The notes beneath the pieces are model-generated. The model ran no database searches. It was given only the letters and a program-made list of their open reading frames with translations, and was not told the origin of the DNA. The position numbers were made by a program, and so were the translations under genes. Positions 17,891-28,500 of a stretch of DNA of 64,000 nucleotides are shown one piece after another. Positions within the stretch are counted from its first letter, which is position 1, and every line of letters begins with the position of its first letter. This DNA comes from a bacterium (GTDB taxonomy: Bacteria; Bacteroidota; Ignavibacteria; SZUA-365), in assembly GCA_020444325.1 (NCBI GenBank), contig JAHLLD010000002.1, forward strand, positions 286,882-350,881. Direction: 5' to 3'.

Positions 17891-19039
17891 ATGTCTTATC
17901 TCTTCACATCCGAATCCGTATCCGAAGGACATCCGGACAAAGTCTGCGATGCGATTTCCGATGCGGTGCTCGACAGTATTCTTCGTGACGATCCGCAGGC
18001 GCGGGTGGCCTGCGAGTGCTTTACGACGACAGGTTTCGTGCTGGTCGGCGGTGAGATTACCACGGACGCGTATGTGGACGTGCAGGAAATCGTACGCGAG
18101 ACGGTACGCGAGATCGGTTATACGGATCCCAAGTATCGCTTCGACGCAGACAGCTGCGGCGTCGCATCGCATATTCACCAGCAGTCTCCCGACATTTTCC
18201 GCGGCGTGAAAGGCGGCGGTGCGGGCGACCAGGGTATCATGTTCGGCTACGCGACGAACGCGACTCCCGAATTCATGCCGCGTCCGATTCTCTACTCCCA
18301 CAAGCTGGTGCAGCGGCTCGCCGAGATCAGGAAGAATGAGCCGAAGCTCATGCCGTACCTACGTCCCGATGCGAAGTCACAGGTGACTTTTGAGTATGAG
18401 GGACGCGAAGCGAAGCGTGTGCATACCATCGTCGTATCTACGCAGCATGATCCGAGCGTCTCCCAGAAGCAGATCAAAGAGGATGTGCGTGAGCATGTGA
18501 TTGAAAAAGTCTTTCCCGAGGAATTGCTCGAGGGACGCGTCAAGCTGCATGTGAATCCCACGGGACGATTTGAAATTGGTGGCCCCCACGGGGATTCTGG
18601 ACTGACGGGACGCAAGATCATCGTCGACACGTACGGTGGATGGGCTCCCCATGGCGGCGGCGCGTTCAGCGGTAAGGATCCGTCGAAAGTGGACCGCAGT
18701 GCAGCATACGCCACGCGTCATCTCGCGAAGAACCTCGTCGCAGCTGGTGTGGCGGACGAATGCACGATTCAGATCGGCTACGCCATCGGCGTGGCCAAAC
18801 CGGTGTCGGTGCATGTCGATACGCACGGCACGGCGAAGAACGGCGTCACCGATACCGATATCGAGCGCTGGGTGCAGAAGAACGTGGACCTGACGCCGGC
18901 CGGTATTATCGAACGGCTGAAACTGCGTCGTCCCATCTACCGCGCAACCGCAGCGTACGGACACTTCGGGCGCAGCGAGAAGACGTTCACCTGGGAGAAA
19001 CTCGACATGGTGAAAGACATCAAGAAGAAGCTGGTATAG
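17891..19039 (+). CDS. metK: S-adenosylmethionine synthetase
   Basis: 382 aa. Highly conserved MetK motifs ([43 protein letters not shown]). Confidence 0.95.
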   Translation: MSYLFTSESVSEGHPDKVCDAISDAVLDSILRDDPQARVACECFTTTGFVLVGGEITTDAYVDVQEIVRETVREIGYTDPKYRFDADSCGVASHIHQQSPDIFRGVKGGGAGDQGIMFGYATNATPEFMPRPILYSHKLVQRLAEIRKNEPKLMPYLRPDAKSQVTFEYEGREAKRVHTIVVSTQHDPSVSQKQIKEDVREHVIEKVFPEELLEGRVKLHVNPTGRFEIGGPHGDSGLTGRKIIVDTYGGWAPHGGGAFSGKDPSKVDRSAAYATRHLAKNLVAAGVADECTIQIGYAIGVAKPVSVHVDTHGTAKNGVTDTDIERWVQKNVDLTPAGIIERLKLRRPIYRATAAYGHFGRSEKTFTWEKLDMVKDIKKKLV

Positions 19040-19088
19040 ATCATCAATTTCGATTAACCGTTTATTTCAATACAGGAGTGATCCCCTG

Positions 19089-20369
19089 ATGGCAAAAGCC
19101 AAAAAGAACTACAAGGTCAAAGACATCAAGCTCGCCGACGAGGGCCGCAAGAAAATTGAGTGGGCCGAAAGCCGCATGCCTGTCATGATGGCGCTGCGCG
19201 AGAAGTACAAGAAGACCAAGCCGCTGAAAGGTTTCCGCATTGCGGGCTGCCTCCACGTGACCAAGGAAACCGCCGTACTCGTCGAAACGCTCGCCGCTGC
19301 TGGAGCAGATGTGAGCTGGAGCGGATGCAATCCGCTTTCTACCAATGACGAAGTGGCCGCCGCGCTCGCCGCAAAGGGTACGTCCATTTACGCATGGCAC
19401 GGCATGAACGTGAAGGAATTCTACTGGGCCATCGAGCGCACGCTCGATTTCAAGCCCAACCTCACGCTCGATGATGGCGCGGACCTGATTTTCACCATCC
19501 ACAACAAGCACAAAAAATTGATCCCTGAAATCCTCGGTGGTACGGAAGAGACCACGACCGGCGTGCATCGCCTGCGTGCCATGGCGGATGCGGGACAGCT
19601 CGAATACCCGGTCATCGCTGTCAACGACGCCGAGACGAAGTGGGATTTCGATAATGTGTACGGTACCGGACAGTCTACCCTCGACGGCATCCTGCGCGCA
19701 ACGAGCATTCTGTTCGCTGGCAAGAACGTCGTCGTCGCCGGTTATGGCCACTGTGGAAAGGGCGTCGCCGAACGTGCGAAGGGACTCGGCGCCAATACCA
19801 TCGTTACCGAAGTCAAGCCGACCGCGGCACTCAAGGCCACGCTCGAGGGACATGAGGTGATGACCATGGATCAGGCAGCCAAGGTGGGCGATGTGTTCAT
19901 TACTGCTACGGGCGTGAAGGATGTCATCCGCGAAAAACATTTCCAGATGATGAAAGACGGCGCCGTGGTCTGCAACACCGGTCACTACGACTGTGAAATC
20001 AATATCCCTGAGCTCGAGAAGATCAAAAAGAGCAAGCGTCAGATCCGTGCCAACAACGAGGAATACATCCTCAAGAAAAACGGCAACCGTGTATACCTGC
20101 TCGCGCAGGGACGCCTGGTCAACCTGGCTGCCGCCGAGGGACATCCCTCCGAGGTGATGGATATGTCCTTCGCCAACCAGTTCCTCTCGCAGTTGCGCCT
20201 GGCCGAACTCGCGAAGAAAGGCAAGCGCCTCGACACCGCGGTGCATGATATCCCTGTCAAGCAGGACCAGGATATCGCCGCGCTCAAACTCCGTACCATG
20301 GGCTACAAGATTGACAAGCTCACGAAGGAGCAAAAAGAGTACATGGACGATTACAGCGCCGGTACCTGA
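19089..20369 (+). CDS. ahcY: adenosylhomocysteinase
   Basis: 426 aa. NAD-binding GYGHCGKG and SAHH signatures. 50 nt downstream of metK (activated methyl cycle pair). Confidence 0.95.
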   Translation: MAKAKKNYKVKDIKLADEGRKKIEWAESRMPVMMALREKYKKTKPLKGFRIAGCLHVTKETAVLVETLAAAGADVSWSGCNPLSTNDEVAAALAAKGTSIYAWHGMNVKEFYWAIERTLDFKPNLTLDDGADLIFTIHNKHKKLIPEILGGTEETTTGVHRLRAMADAGQLEYPVIAVNDAETKWDFDNVYGTGQSTLDGILRATSILFAGKNVVVAGYGHCGKGVAERAKGLGANTIVTEVKPTAALKATLEGHEVMTMDQAAKVGDVFITATGVKDVIREKHFQMMKDGAVVCNTGHYDCEINIPELEKIKKSKRQIRANNEEYILKKNGNRVYLLAQGRLVNLAAAEGHPSEVMDMSFANQFLSQLRLAELAKKGKRLDTAVHDIPVKQDQDIAALKLRTMGYKIDKLTKEQKEYMDDYSAGT

Positions 20370-20401
20370 TCCTGCCTGTTTCCGGTACGAGCATTTTGCA
20401 G

Positions 20402-20437
20402 CGCCGTTTCTCATGAGAGGGACGGCGTTGTTTTTTT
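20402..20437 (+). terminator. putative rho-independent terminator after ahcY
   Basis: CGCCGT-tttctcatgagagg-GACGGCG followed by ttgttttttt. A 6-7 bp stem with a long loop, hence moderate confidence. Confidence 0.5.
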
Positions 20438-20553
20438 CGGAGACCAACCACCTGCGCGGTAACAGGACCGACTGCTCCCGCCCGATCACGTTTTTTCGCC
20501 TGCCCGCGAGACTGTATATTTCATCAGGAATTCATCATCACTATCCCATCGCC

Positions 20554-21219
20554 ATGCCAACCGTAAACCTCCTTCCAGACAGTCAGTCCATCAAAGCAGG
20601 CACGATTTACTGCATTGGACGCAATTACATCAAGCACATCCAGGAACTGGAAAATGAATTCAACGCCGAACCGGTACTCTTCCTCAAACCTGCGGCGTCG
20701 CTGATCACCGGGGAACGTCAGATCGAACTGCCGGCATTCAGCAGTGATGTGCACCACGAGACGGAGATCGTACTGCTGGTTGGAAAAGAAGGAAGAAACA
20801 TCTCCGAAGAAAACGCATTGCAGCATGTTACCGGTGTAGGGATAGGACTCGATCTCACCGCCCGCGATACGCAAAAAGCATTGAGGGACAAGGGACTGCC
20901 ATGGACGGTGTCCAAGGGATTTGAAACTGCTGCCTGCGTTTCGGATTTCCTCCCGTTGCAGCGACTTGGTGAGCTTTCCCGCCTGCGCTTCTCGCTTCGT
21001 GTCAACGGAGAAATGCGGCAGGAGGGAGACAGCAGTCTCATGATATTCTCCATCCCGAAGATCATCGCCTACATCAGCAGCATCGTGACGCTGCTGCCGG
21101 GCGATCTCATTTATACCGGCACGCCGCACGGCGTCGCTCCCATCGCCGGTGGCGACAGGCTCGAGCTGTCGCTCGAAAACATCCTGCACGCCTCGTTTAC
21201 CGTCGCGGAGGCGAATTAA
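20554..21219 (+). CDS. fumarylacetoacetate hydrolase (FAH) family protein
   Basis: 221 aa from the internal ATG (MPTVNLLPDS...). FAH-fold motifs (ETEIVLLVGKEG, PGDLIYTGTPHGV). The longer ORF from 20245 overlaps ahcY in another frame, so it was trimmed. Confidence 0.78.
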   Translation: MPTVNLLPDSQSIKAGTIYCIGRNYIKHIQELENEFNAEPVLFLKPAASLITGERQIELPAFSSDVHHETEIVLLVGKEGRNISEENALQHVTGVGIGLDLTARDTQKALRDKGLPWTVSKGFETAACVSDFLPLQRLGELSRLRFSLRVNGEMRQEGDSSLMIFSIPKIIAYISSIVTLLPGDLIYTGTPHGVAPIAGGDRLELSLENILHASFTVAEAN

Positions 21220-21235
21220 CCCGGTGAAATCCGTG

Positions 21236-23470
21236 ATGCGCAGTGCCGTCGCCCCCGTCCTTATTGTCCTTGCCATTTCCTTCGGGTATGTGTTGCTGTC
21301 AGGCAACGATACTTCGCAAGAGCGTGTGGAAAAGGAGCGTGTCAGCAATCGATATGACACACTGGAGACGGACTGGGATGACTACCTCTGGCCCACGAAT
21401 GCCGGGACAATTCGCACGTCGGATTTCGCGGAATTCCGGCGCACGCATTTTCATGCCGGAATCGATGTCAGTACCGGGGGACGCACCGGCTACGATGTAT
21501 ACGCCTCGCGTGATGGCTGGCTGCATTCGATCATGTTCGAACCCGGCGGCTACGGCTGGTTCCTCGTCCTCAAACATCACGACGGTTATCACACCTGCTA
21601 TGCGCATCTCGAGAGCTTTTCAGAAAACGTGCTGAAAGCATATCGCCGTCGTCTCGCACAGCTCGACCGTTCCTATGGCTATGCGCTTCTCGATGCGAAA
21701 GACACCACCTGGGTGAAGAAAGGAGAGGTTGTCGCATTCACGGGTGCGACCGGGGCGGGACCTGCACATCTGCATTTCGAGGTGCGCGATCGCGATTTCA
21801 ATCCTGTCAATCCGGGACTCTCACGCAACCTTCGTCCCGCCGATTCCATCCCTCCGGAACTGCGTCAGCTTTGCCTGCAGCCTCTCGACGGAAGCTCGAG
21901 CATCGACGGGGTATTTGAACAGAGCGTAGAGAATCTCCGGGGCTCCGGAAGCTCGTTCCGCGTAAACGCGGTACCGGTGATCAGGGGACGCGTAGGACTC
22001 CTGCTCCGCGCCCATGACAGGGCGAACGGGGCGACGGACTATCCGACGCCGTACAAGATCATGATGTTCGTCGACGGGAAGGAAGCCTTTTCCGTCGTGT
22101 CGAATCGCTTCTGCGACACCCTCAATTTCCATATTCGCATTGACAGGGACCACTGGCTCATGCAGTCGCGAAAGGGAGAATTCCGCAAGCTGTATCGCGA
22201 AGATGGCAATCTGCTCGAAACCTATGTGCAGCGTGCTGCGGACGCAGGAGTACTCTCCGAAGCCAATCTGGGCATCGGGGAAAAAAGACTGCTCATTGTG
22301 GCTGAGGATCTTGCAGGCAATCGCTCCATGCTCTCCATGCGTGTGATGATTGCAGCGGATGTGAAACTCGAACAGAAGCTCGAAGGGAAAACGCTGCACT
22401 TGAAAACTCTCGGAAACTGCGAAGCGCTGATTTTCGAGGAGCGCAACGGACGCCATTGGAAGGAAGTGCGTCAGTGGCCCGGCACTGCTGCGGGCAACGG
22501 TGTGGATGTTGATCTCGCGAGAATGCAGAAAGGCGATCTACGTGCCCGTACCCTCGATGCTGCAGGGAACGAGACGGTGCAGGCGACCTGGAACACCGCG
22601 CCGGTCAAGCACAGCGTAGGACGCCTCTACCAGAAGCGGGAATTCCTGTTCGATGAAATCGTGTACAGGCTCAAGATTGCGGCACCGTACGCCGAGCCGC
22701 CGACAGTGCGTATTACGCAGGGCGACAGAACGGAATTAGCGCAGGTGCTGCCGCTGGACGATGACACCTACCGTGCCGTCTGTCCCACATGGCCAGGCTT
22801 CGCCGGTGAAGCTGTCGTGAGTGTCGATTACAGGGTGGGACGAAAATCCATTCACTGGACAGACAATTTCAAGGCATATCACATCAGCGCACTCGACGGT
22901 GGACAGGTGACAGCGGATGATGGACGCTTTGTGATGTCCTTCAAGCCGGGCGACGTGTTCCGCTCTATGCTCTGTTTCGTGAGCAGTCCATCAGGTGATT
23001 CCATTCCCACCTGGAGAGTTGAGCCGGAAGACATGCCACTTGCCGGCCGTCCCCTCGTCAGCGTGGTGCCGCGTGTACGCAGGAGCGATTATCTGCTCAC
23101 TGCTGATTATCCGGTCAAAAATTATGGTGCGGTACATATTCCGAATTCTCCCGCCGTCGCCGCACACTTCGGAAGATTTCTCGGAACCTATCATCTCAGA
23201 CATGATGATGAAGGGCCCGATATTTCCGTCGCGTTCGCGTTCCGCAGTCGTGAACCGATTCGCCTCTCCATCAGCGATTCCGTGTCCGGGGTGGACTGGA
23301 ACTCCATCGCTGTGTACATCGACAAGGCACTCATTCCCGTTGAATACAACGAGCGCCGTAATCTGCTCGTCGTTCCCTACGATGTGTACAAATCCATCGG
23401 CAAGGGCACACTTACCGTTCATGCGAAAGACCGGGCCGGGAACAGCTCCGTACTCAAACGGAAGATGTAG
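21236..23470 (+). CDS. M23 family metallopeptidase with N-terminal membrane anchor and long C-terminal beta-rich extension
   Basis: About 744 aa. M23/LytM motifs HFHAGIDV ... GPAHLHFEVRD. Signal-anchor MRSAVAPVLIVLAISFGYVLL. The start was chosen at the ATG 17 nt after the FAH stop; an in-frame GTG at 21224 is an alternative. Confidence 0.78.
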   Translation: MRSAVAPVLIVLAISFGYVLLSGNDTSQERVEKERVSNRYDTLETDWDDYLWPTNAGTIRTSDFAEFRRTHFHAGIDVSTGGRTGYDVYASRDGWLHSIMFEPGGYGWFLVLKHHDGYHTCYAHLESFSENVLKAYRRRLAQLDRSYGYALLDAKDTTWVKKGEVVAFTGATGAGPAHLHFEVRDRDFNPVNPGLSRNLRPADSIPPELRQLCLQPLDGSSSIDGVFEQSVENLRGSGSSFRVNAVPVIRGRVGLLLRAHDRANGATDYPTPYKIMMFVDGKEAFSVVSNRFCDTLNFHIRIDRDHWLMQSRKGEFRKLYREDGNLLETYVQRAADAGVLSEANLGIGEKRLLIVAEDLAGNRSMLSMRVMIAADVKLEQKLEGKTLHLKTLGNCEALIFEERNGRHWKEVRQWPGTAAGNGVDVDLARMQKGDLRARTLDAAGNETVQATWNTAPVKHSVGRLYQKREFLFDEIVYRLKIAAPYAEPPTVRITQGDRTELAQVLPLDDDTYRAVCPTWPGFAGEAVVSVDYRVGRKSIHWTDNFKAYHISALDGGQVTADDGRFVMSFKPGDVFRSMLCFVSSPSGDSIPTWRVEPEDMPLAGRPLVSVVPRVRRSDYLLTADYPVKNYGAVHIPNSPAVAAHFGRFLGTYHLRHDDEGPDISVAFAFRSREPIRLSISDSVSGVDWNSIAVYIDKALIPVEYNERRNLLVVPYDVYKSIGKGTLTVHAKDRAGNSSVLKRKM

Positions 23471-23719
23471 GCGTCACTCACAGCAACCAACGCATTGTGT
23501 GCGCGCACGGGAGATGCGCTGTGCAGAAGATGCACTGAGGTTGCGGTCTGCTGTCGCGGGACGTATGTGCGTGCAGCCTCTTCGCATGGCTGTGCGGCAA
23601 GCACCCACCCCATATTGCACTTCTGCCGCGTACTTCCGATAATAACGTGTTGCATATACGTATGCATCCCATGCCAGCACGCGACAGTCTGTATTTTCAA
23701 TGATAAGAAGGAGTACACC

Positions 23720-24007
23720 ATGGCCAACGAAGGGTATCATGAGCCTGTCTCGGAACTGTCACAGGAAACAAAGGACATGCATCGCGCACTGGTTTCACTC
23801 ATGGAAGAGCTGGAAGCGGTGGACTGGTACAACCAGCGCATGGATGTCTGTGCAAACAAGGATCTCAAATCCATCCTCAGGCACAACAGGGACGAAGAAA
23901 AGGAACACGCCGCCATGCTGGTGGAGTGGATTCGCCGCAACGATCCAAAGTTCGAAGATGAATTGAAGGACTATCTTTTCACAGACAAGTCCTTCTCCCA
24001 TGATTAA
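23720..24007 (+). CDS. encapsulated-ferritin-like (EncFtn family) small ferritin-like protein
   Basis: 95 aa. LVSLMEELEAVDWYNQRMD...ILRHNRDEEKEHAAMLVEWIRRND closely resembles EncFtn proteins (E...E..H ferroxidase motif). A perfect AAGGAG Shine-Dalgarno lies 8 nt upstream. Confidence 0.65.
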   Translation: MANEGYHEPVSELSQETKDMHRALVSLMEELEAVDWYNQRMDVCANKDLKSILRHNRDEEKEHAAMLVEWIRRNDPKFEDELKDYLFTDKSFSHD

Positions 24008-24037
24008 CACGCCGGATTCGGTGGAATATTTACATAG

Positions 24038-24613
24038 ATGGAGGCAGCCATGAGCGCCGTAGATAAAGCGCTGCAAACGCAGCTCACAAACATACAGGAG
24101 CGGACGGGGAAGAGCCTGTCGCAGCTCAAGAAGGTGATCGAGAAGAGCGGGCTCGAGAAGCACGGACAGATTCGGGACATGCTCAAGAAAGACCTGGGGA
24201 TGGGGCATGGTGATGCGAATACCCTCACGCATATTTACCTGAACGGTATGCCGGACGAAGCCTCGGGAGGAAGCGATGATGTGTTGGAGAGTATTTACAG
24301 CGGGAAAAAGGAGGTGTTTCTGCCCGTGCACGACAAGCTGATGAAGGAAATCAGTAAGTTCGGGGAATTCGAAATTGCGCCGAAGAAAACCTATGTGAGT
24401 CTGCGGCGGAAGAAACAGTTTGCCACCATCGGTCCCCCCACGAACTCACGAATGGAGGTGGGACTCAATATGAAAGATGTCGAAGCCACGGAACGACTCG
24501 AAGTGCTGCCGAAAGGACAGATGTGTCAGTACAAGGTGCGTCTCACAACCCCTGAAGAAGTGGACAAGGAATTGATCGACTGGATACGTATCGCGTATGA
24601 TTCCGCCGGTTGA
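24038..24613 (+). CDS. DUF4287/DUF5655 domain-containing protein
   Basis: 191 aa. N-terminus (LQTQLTNIQERTGKSLSQLKKVIEKSGLEKHGQIRDMLKKDLGMGHGDANTLTHIY) matches the DUF4287 pattern. Confidence 0.6.
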   Translation: MEAAMSAVDKALQTQLTNIQERTGKSLSQLKKVIEKSGLEKHGQIRDMLKKDLGMGHGDANTLTHIYLNGMPDEASGGSDDVLESIYSGKKEVFLPVHDKLMKEISKFGEFEIAPKKTYVSLRRKKQFATIGPPTNSRMEVGLNMKDVEATERLEVLPKGQMCQYKVRLTTPEEVDKELIDWIRIAYDSAG

Positions 24614-24650
24614 GCCGGATGTAATTTGTACCGTTCGAGTAGTTGAAAAC

Positions 24651-24683
24651 AAAAGGCCGTCCCGGTGATCGGGACGGCCTTTC
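24651..24683. terminator. bidirectional rho-independent terminator
   Basis: aaaaGGCCGTCCCGgtgatCGGGACGGCCtttct. A perfect 10-bp stem between the convergent DUF4287 gene (+) and the OMP gene (-). Confidence 0.82.
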
Positions 24684-24756
24684 TCGTGGAATGACCACTG
24701 GTCGTGATTGTTGAAGAGGGCACTGCTCAATTGCCCTCATCCGTTATTCCCATCTG

Positions 24757-25521
24757 CTAGGGGACAGGGAAATTCAAGTCGAGCACGAAGCGAACGTTGT
24801 CGATTCTCCAGGTATCCGCATACGGCGCGTCGATCACGTTTGTGAGACCGAACTCGTAGATGAGCTGCGGTGTGAGGAAACCGTAGCGGAAGAAGAAATC
24901 GTAACCGAGTCCGACGCTGGCAGCATAGCGCATGCCGTTGACGTCCTCGATTTCGCCTTCCTGCGGAGGAGCAATGCTGCCGCTCGCCCATTCCGGTTCG
25001 ACAAGTGTTGCTTCATGAGAGAAATTATCCTTGATCAGCGTGCCGACATTGAGTCCGCCGCTGACGAACAGTCCGGGACCGCTCATCGGGTACAGTTTCG
25101 TGTACACGCCAAAGGTGAGGTATTGCAGTGTATAGTCGACCGTCTGGTCACGGACGACCTCACTGACAATCGTGGGATCATCGGGGTCGGCGACACGGAA
25201 GGGGTCCGTGAAGCGGCCCTCGACATCCCCCGACATCTGGTTGAATGCGAGCCGGAGACCGAACACCACGTAACGCGTCACGGATTTTTCACCCTGCACG
25301 CCGAAGAGGAAATTGGTGGTGTTGCCGTCGGCATAAAAACCGTTCTCCGCCGAGGGGAGGAGAGGCACGTTCCCGTTGTGGAAACTCTGGTTGGCTCCGA
25401 TGAAAAGTCCTCCGCGCACGGTATACCAGGCCCTGTCGCCAACCCGGAAGCCCTGCGCATGCGCTGCATACGTGCCGGCGAATGTCAGTGCAAGGAGGAG
25501 AATGATGCTGATGCGTTTCAT
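24757..25521 (-). CDS. outer-membrane beta-barrel protein (porin/OMP_b-brl family)
   Basis: 254 aa. Signal peptide MKRISIILLLALTFAGTYAAHAQ. Alternating hydrophobic beta-strand pattern, aromatic girdle residues, and a C-terminal ...FVLDLNFPVP strand. Confidence 0.65.
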   Translation of the reverse strand: MKRISIILLLALTFAGTYAAHAQGFRVGDRAWYTVRGGLFIGANQSFHNGNVPLLPSAENGFYADGNTTNFLFGVQGEKSVTRYVVFGLRLAFNQMSGDVEGRFTDPFRVADPDDPTIVSEVVRDQTVDYTLQYLTFGVYTKLYPMSGPGLFVSGGLNVGTLIKDNFSHEATLVEPEWASGSIAPPQEGEIEDVNGMRYAASVGLGYDFFFRYGFLTPQLIYEFGLTNVIDAPYADTWRIDNVRFVLDLNFPVP

Positions 25522-25532
25522 GAGTCAGCTCC

Positions 25533-28500
25533 TTAGTTGGCTATGATCAGTTTCTGGGCGCTGCGGAACGTTCCGGTTGTCATCACCACGAAGTACACTC
25601 CCGGGCGCATGCGGTCCGCCTGGTAGCGGAAGCTGTACGCACCCGATTTGAGCATGCCGCGGTGGATGACGTCGGTTTCCACACCGAGCAGGTTGTAGAG
25701 TTTGATTTCCACATAGCTGTCACGATCGACGGATACCTGGATCTGCGTTTCGCGTCCGGTCTTTCCATCAAGGACGTTGGGACGCGGCGGTGTCAGACTG
25801 GTGATGCCGAGATCGGCGAGAGTGGTGACACCGTTGCGGGGACGAATGGTAATCGTACCGCTGGTGCCATCATCCGCGGTGATCTGTGCGATGTCGGGTT
25901 CGAGCGCAGCGTTGGAAATACTCCATTCCGTGCTTGAGGTTCGTCCGACCAGCACTTCCATTGAAATCCGAACAAGTGGACCGGCGGTGAAGCGGGAGGC
26001 GGAAACCGTCACGGTCAGGCTGTTGGCGCCTGTTCGCGCGAATTCTGCACTTCCCTGACCGGCGGAGACATGGTCGGGGTTGAGTGAGATACCGTCGAAG
26101 TTGAGATCGAAACTCAGCGTTCCGTTCTCGATTTCGCAGACGAGATCTTCAGTGACGAAGACCGGGATTTCGACGATGTCACCGGGACGCGCACTGAGCT
26201 GAGGTGCCGTACCGCCATTTTCGCTCGCACTGATCGCGAAAGCGGGACGCTCGTACTCGACATTCATCGCGACGGAAATTTCACTGCCGCAGCGATTCTC
26301 CATCGCGTAGAGGGTTGCGGCGTTGCTTTCGCCTTCCATCGGCGTGTAGAGCACGTTAACCGCAGCGCGGTCATGCGCGGGAATGGTGAGCTGGGTCTGA
26401 CCGCTTTCGAAGCTGAATGCGGAAGAACCATCAATGTGCAGTGTGAGCGTCAGGTCGACGTCACCGTTGTTCATCAATTCGGCCTGGAGCATCACCGGTT
26501 CGGTCGCACAGGTGGCGGTCGCGCCGAGCGTGTCCTGCACGAACGCGTACGACACGCGACTGAGCTGTCCGGCGAACGGAATCACCTTCGTTTCGGGGAC
26601 GCATCGCATGTCACGCACCGTGGTGACCTCAAGCACACCGCTGAAGTCACGGTCCTGCTCATCAAACGGAGGCTGCACGGCGACGGTGATTTCCTGCGAC
26701 GCACCCGCTGCCACGATGAGCGGCCAGCTGAGTGGTGCCATGAAGCGAACCGGAGAATTCGCGGGCTGAATCTGACCGCTGATCTCCAGCGGTACTGCGC
26801 CTGTATTGCGGAAGATGAGTTTCTGTTCGAGCTGGGCCTGGTCATCAGGGTGGACGAAGCCGTCGGGACAGAGAAGAATGTCACCGAAGTCCAGTGCCTG
26901 CGGTTCGAGTGTGTAACTACTGTTGATGACGGTAGCCTGCACGGGGAAGGCCGCCTGAATGTCGCAGGGCGCGCCGAACAGTGTCACCAGCCCGCTGTAA
27001 TCACCCGGCTCCGTTGCGGTGAATCGTACGATGACGTTCCGCGACTGTGAGGGTTGCAGCGTGAAGGGGAACTGCTCGGGTGGATCGTAGACGAAGCCTT
27101 CCGGAAGGAGACTGCCGTCCTGCACCGTGACCGGCGTCGGTCCGGTATTCTGTACCGAAGCCGTGATCTGACGCGATTTGCTCGTCTCACAGCTCAGGAC
27201 TTCAAGGCGTCCCTGGGGACTGACATCGGTGACCTCGAAGAAGGGTTGCACACCGCGTCCGCGCACCGTAAAGGCTACGCTGTCGCTGCAGTAGTCCGAG
27301 CTGAAGAAAATGGTCTGTGCATCGATACCGACCTGGAGGGGATTGTAGCGAATCGGGAATTCGCGGTACGCACCCGGCTCCAGCGTAATCTTGAACGGTT
27401 TTGCAAGCAGCTGGAAAGGCGAGAGAGCAGTAAAGCCATCTGTCATGACCGTGAGCCGCTTGTCGCCGGTGTTCTCGACAATGAAGCCGCGAACCACCGA
27501 ACCGTCGACACAAACGTCGCCGAAGTTGGTGCTGTAGCCGTTCTCACGCACGAGGAAGCGGGGCTCATAACGTTCGCCGCGAAGGACGACGGGGAAGGTC
27601 TCCCGGCAGTAGCCTCCGGTTCCGGCGATGATTTCGAGTTCGAGGGTATCGCTGAACTTGCCGCCCATTCCCGGACGCGCAATGACATCGATTTCACGGG
27701 AATCGTTCGCCGCTATTTCCACACCCTGTGTCGGGAAGGGGATGGGACCGAGGCGCAGTTCATATTTCGAGGCTTCCGCCAGTGCGTTGAGCGTGACAGG
27801 AAGCGGCGAATTGTTTTCGATGGTGATGACACGGCTGGGACCGCTTGCACCATCGGCGCAGGAGATGATTTCTCCAAAGTCCAGCGTTTCGGGTGTGATC
27901 GAAACCTGCGGAAGGACGCGTTCACCGGCGAGGGTGAAGTACACCGTGCTGCCGCAGGGTTTGCCGAACCATTGCACGCTGCCGCCAAAGCTGCCACCGT
28001 CGCCGAGAGGCGGTTCGAAGCGAATGTATGCCTCGAAAGGATTCATCGAATCAGGCGGGATAACGATGGGAAGGCGCAGTGCCTCATCCCACGCGAAACC
28101 GTTCGGCAGTGCCGGCAGGTCTTCGAAGCGAACGGGCTCCGTGCCTGCGTTGTAAACCTGGAGCAGCATCTTCGCACTCGGTTCGCAGTTTGCCAGCGTA
28201 ATGCTGGGCGGGGTCACCGAGGAAGTCAGCAGCTGCTGCGAGAATGTCACACCGCGGAGATCTACGCTTGCCTCGAGGTCGCAGAGATTCGCGGAAATCG
28301 TAAGTGTCTCTTCGAACAGGCCCGGTGCGGTGGGATGGAAGCGTATGGGAACCACACGGTCGGCACCCGGCTGCAGCGGGAAGGTGTTGCTGAAAGCATC
28401 GATCTCGAACGGTGCGGCCACGCCGATAGTCATCAGCAGTTCCGCCGTCCCGTTGTTGACGATGCGAATGCTCTTGGCTTCGGAATACTCACCGACGCAG

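Noticed and set aside
20524-21360. 278-aa minus-strand ORF
   Set aside because: Antisense to the FAH-family gene and the start of the M23 peptidase. No motifs.
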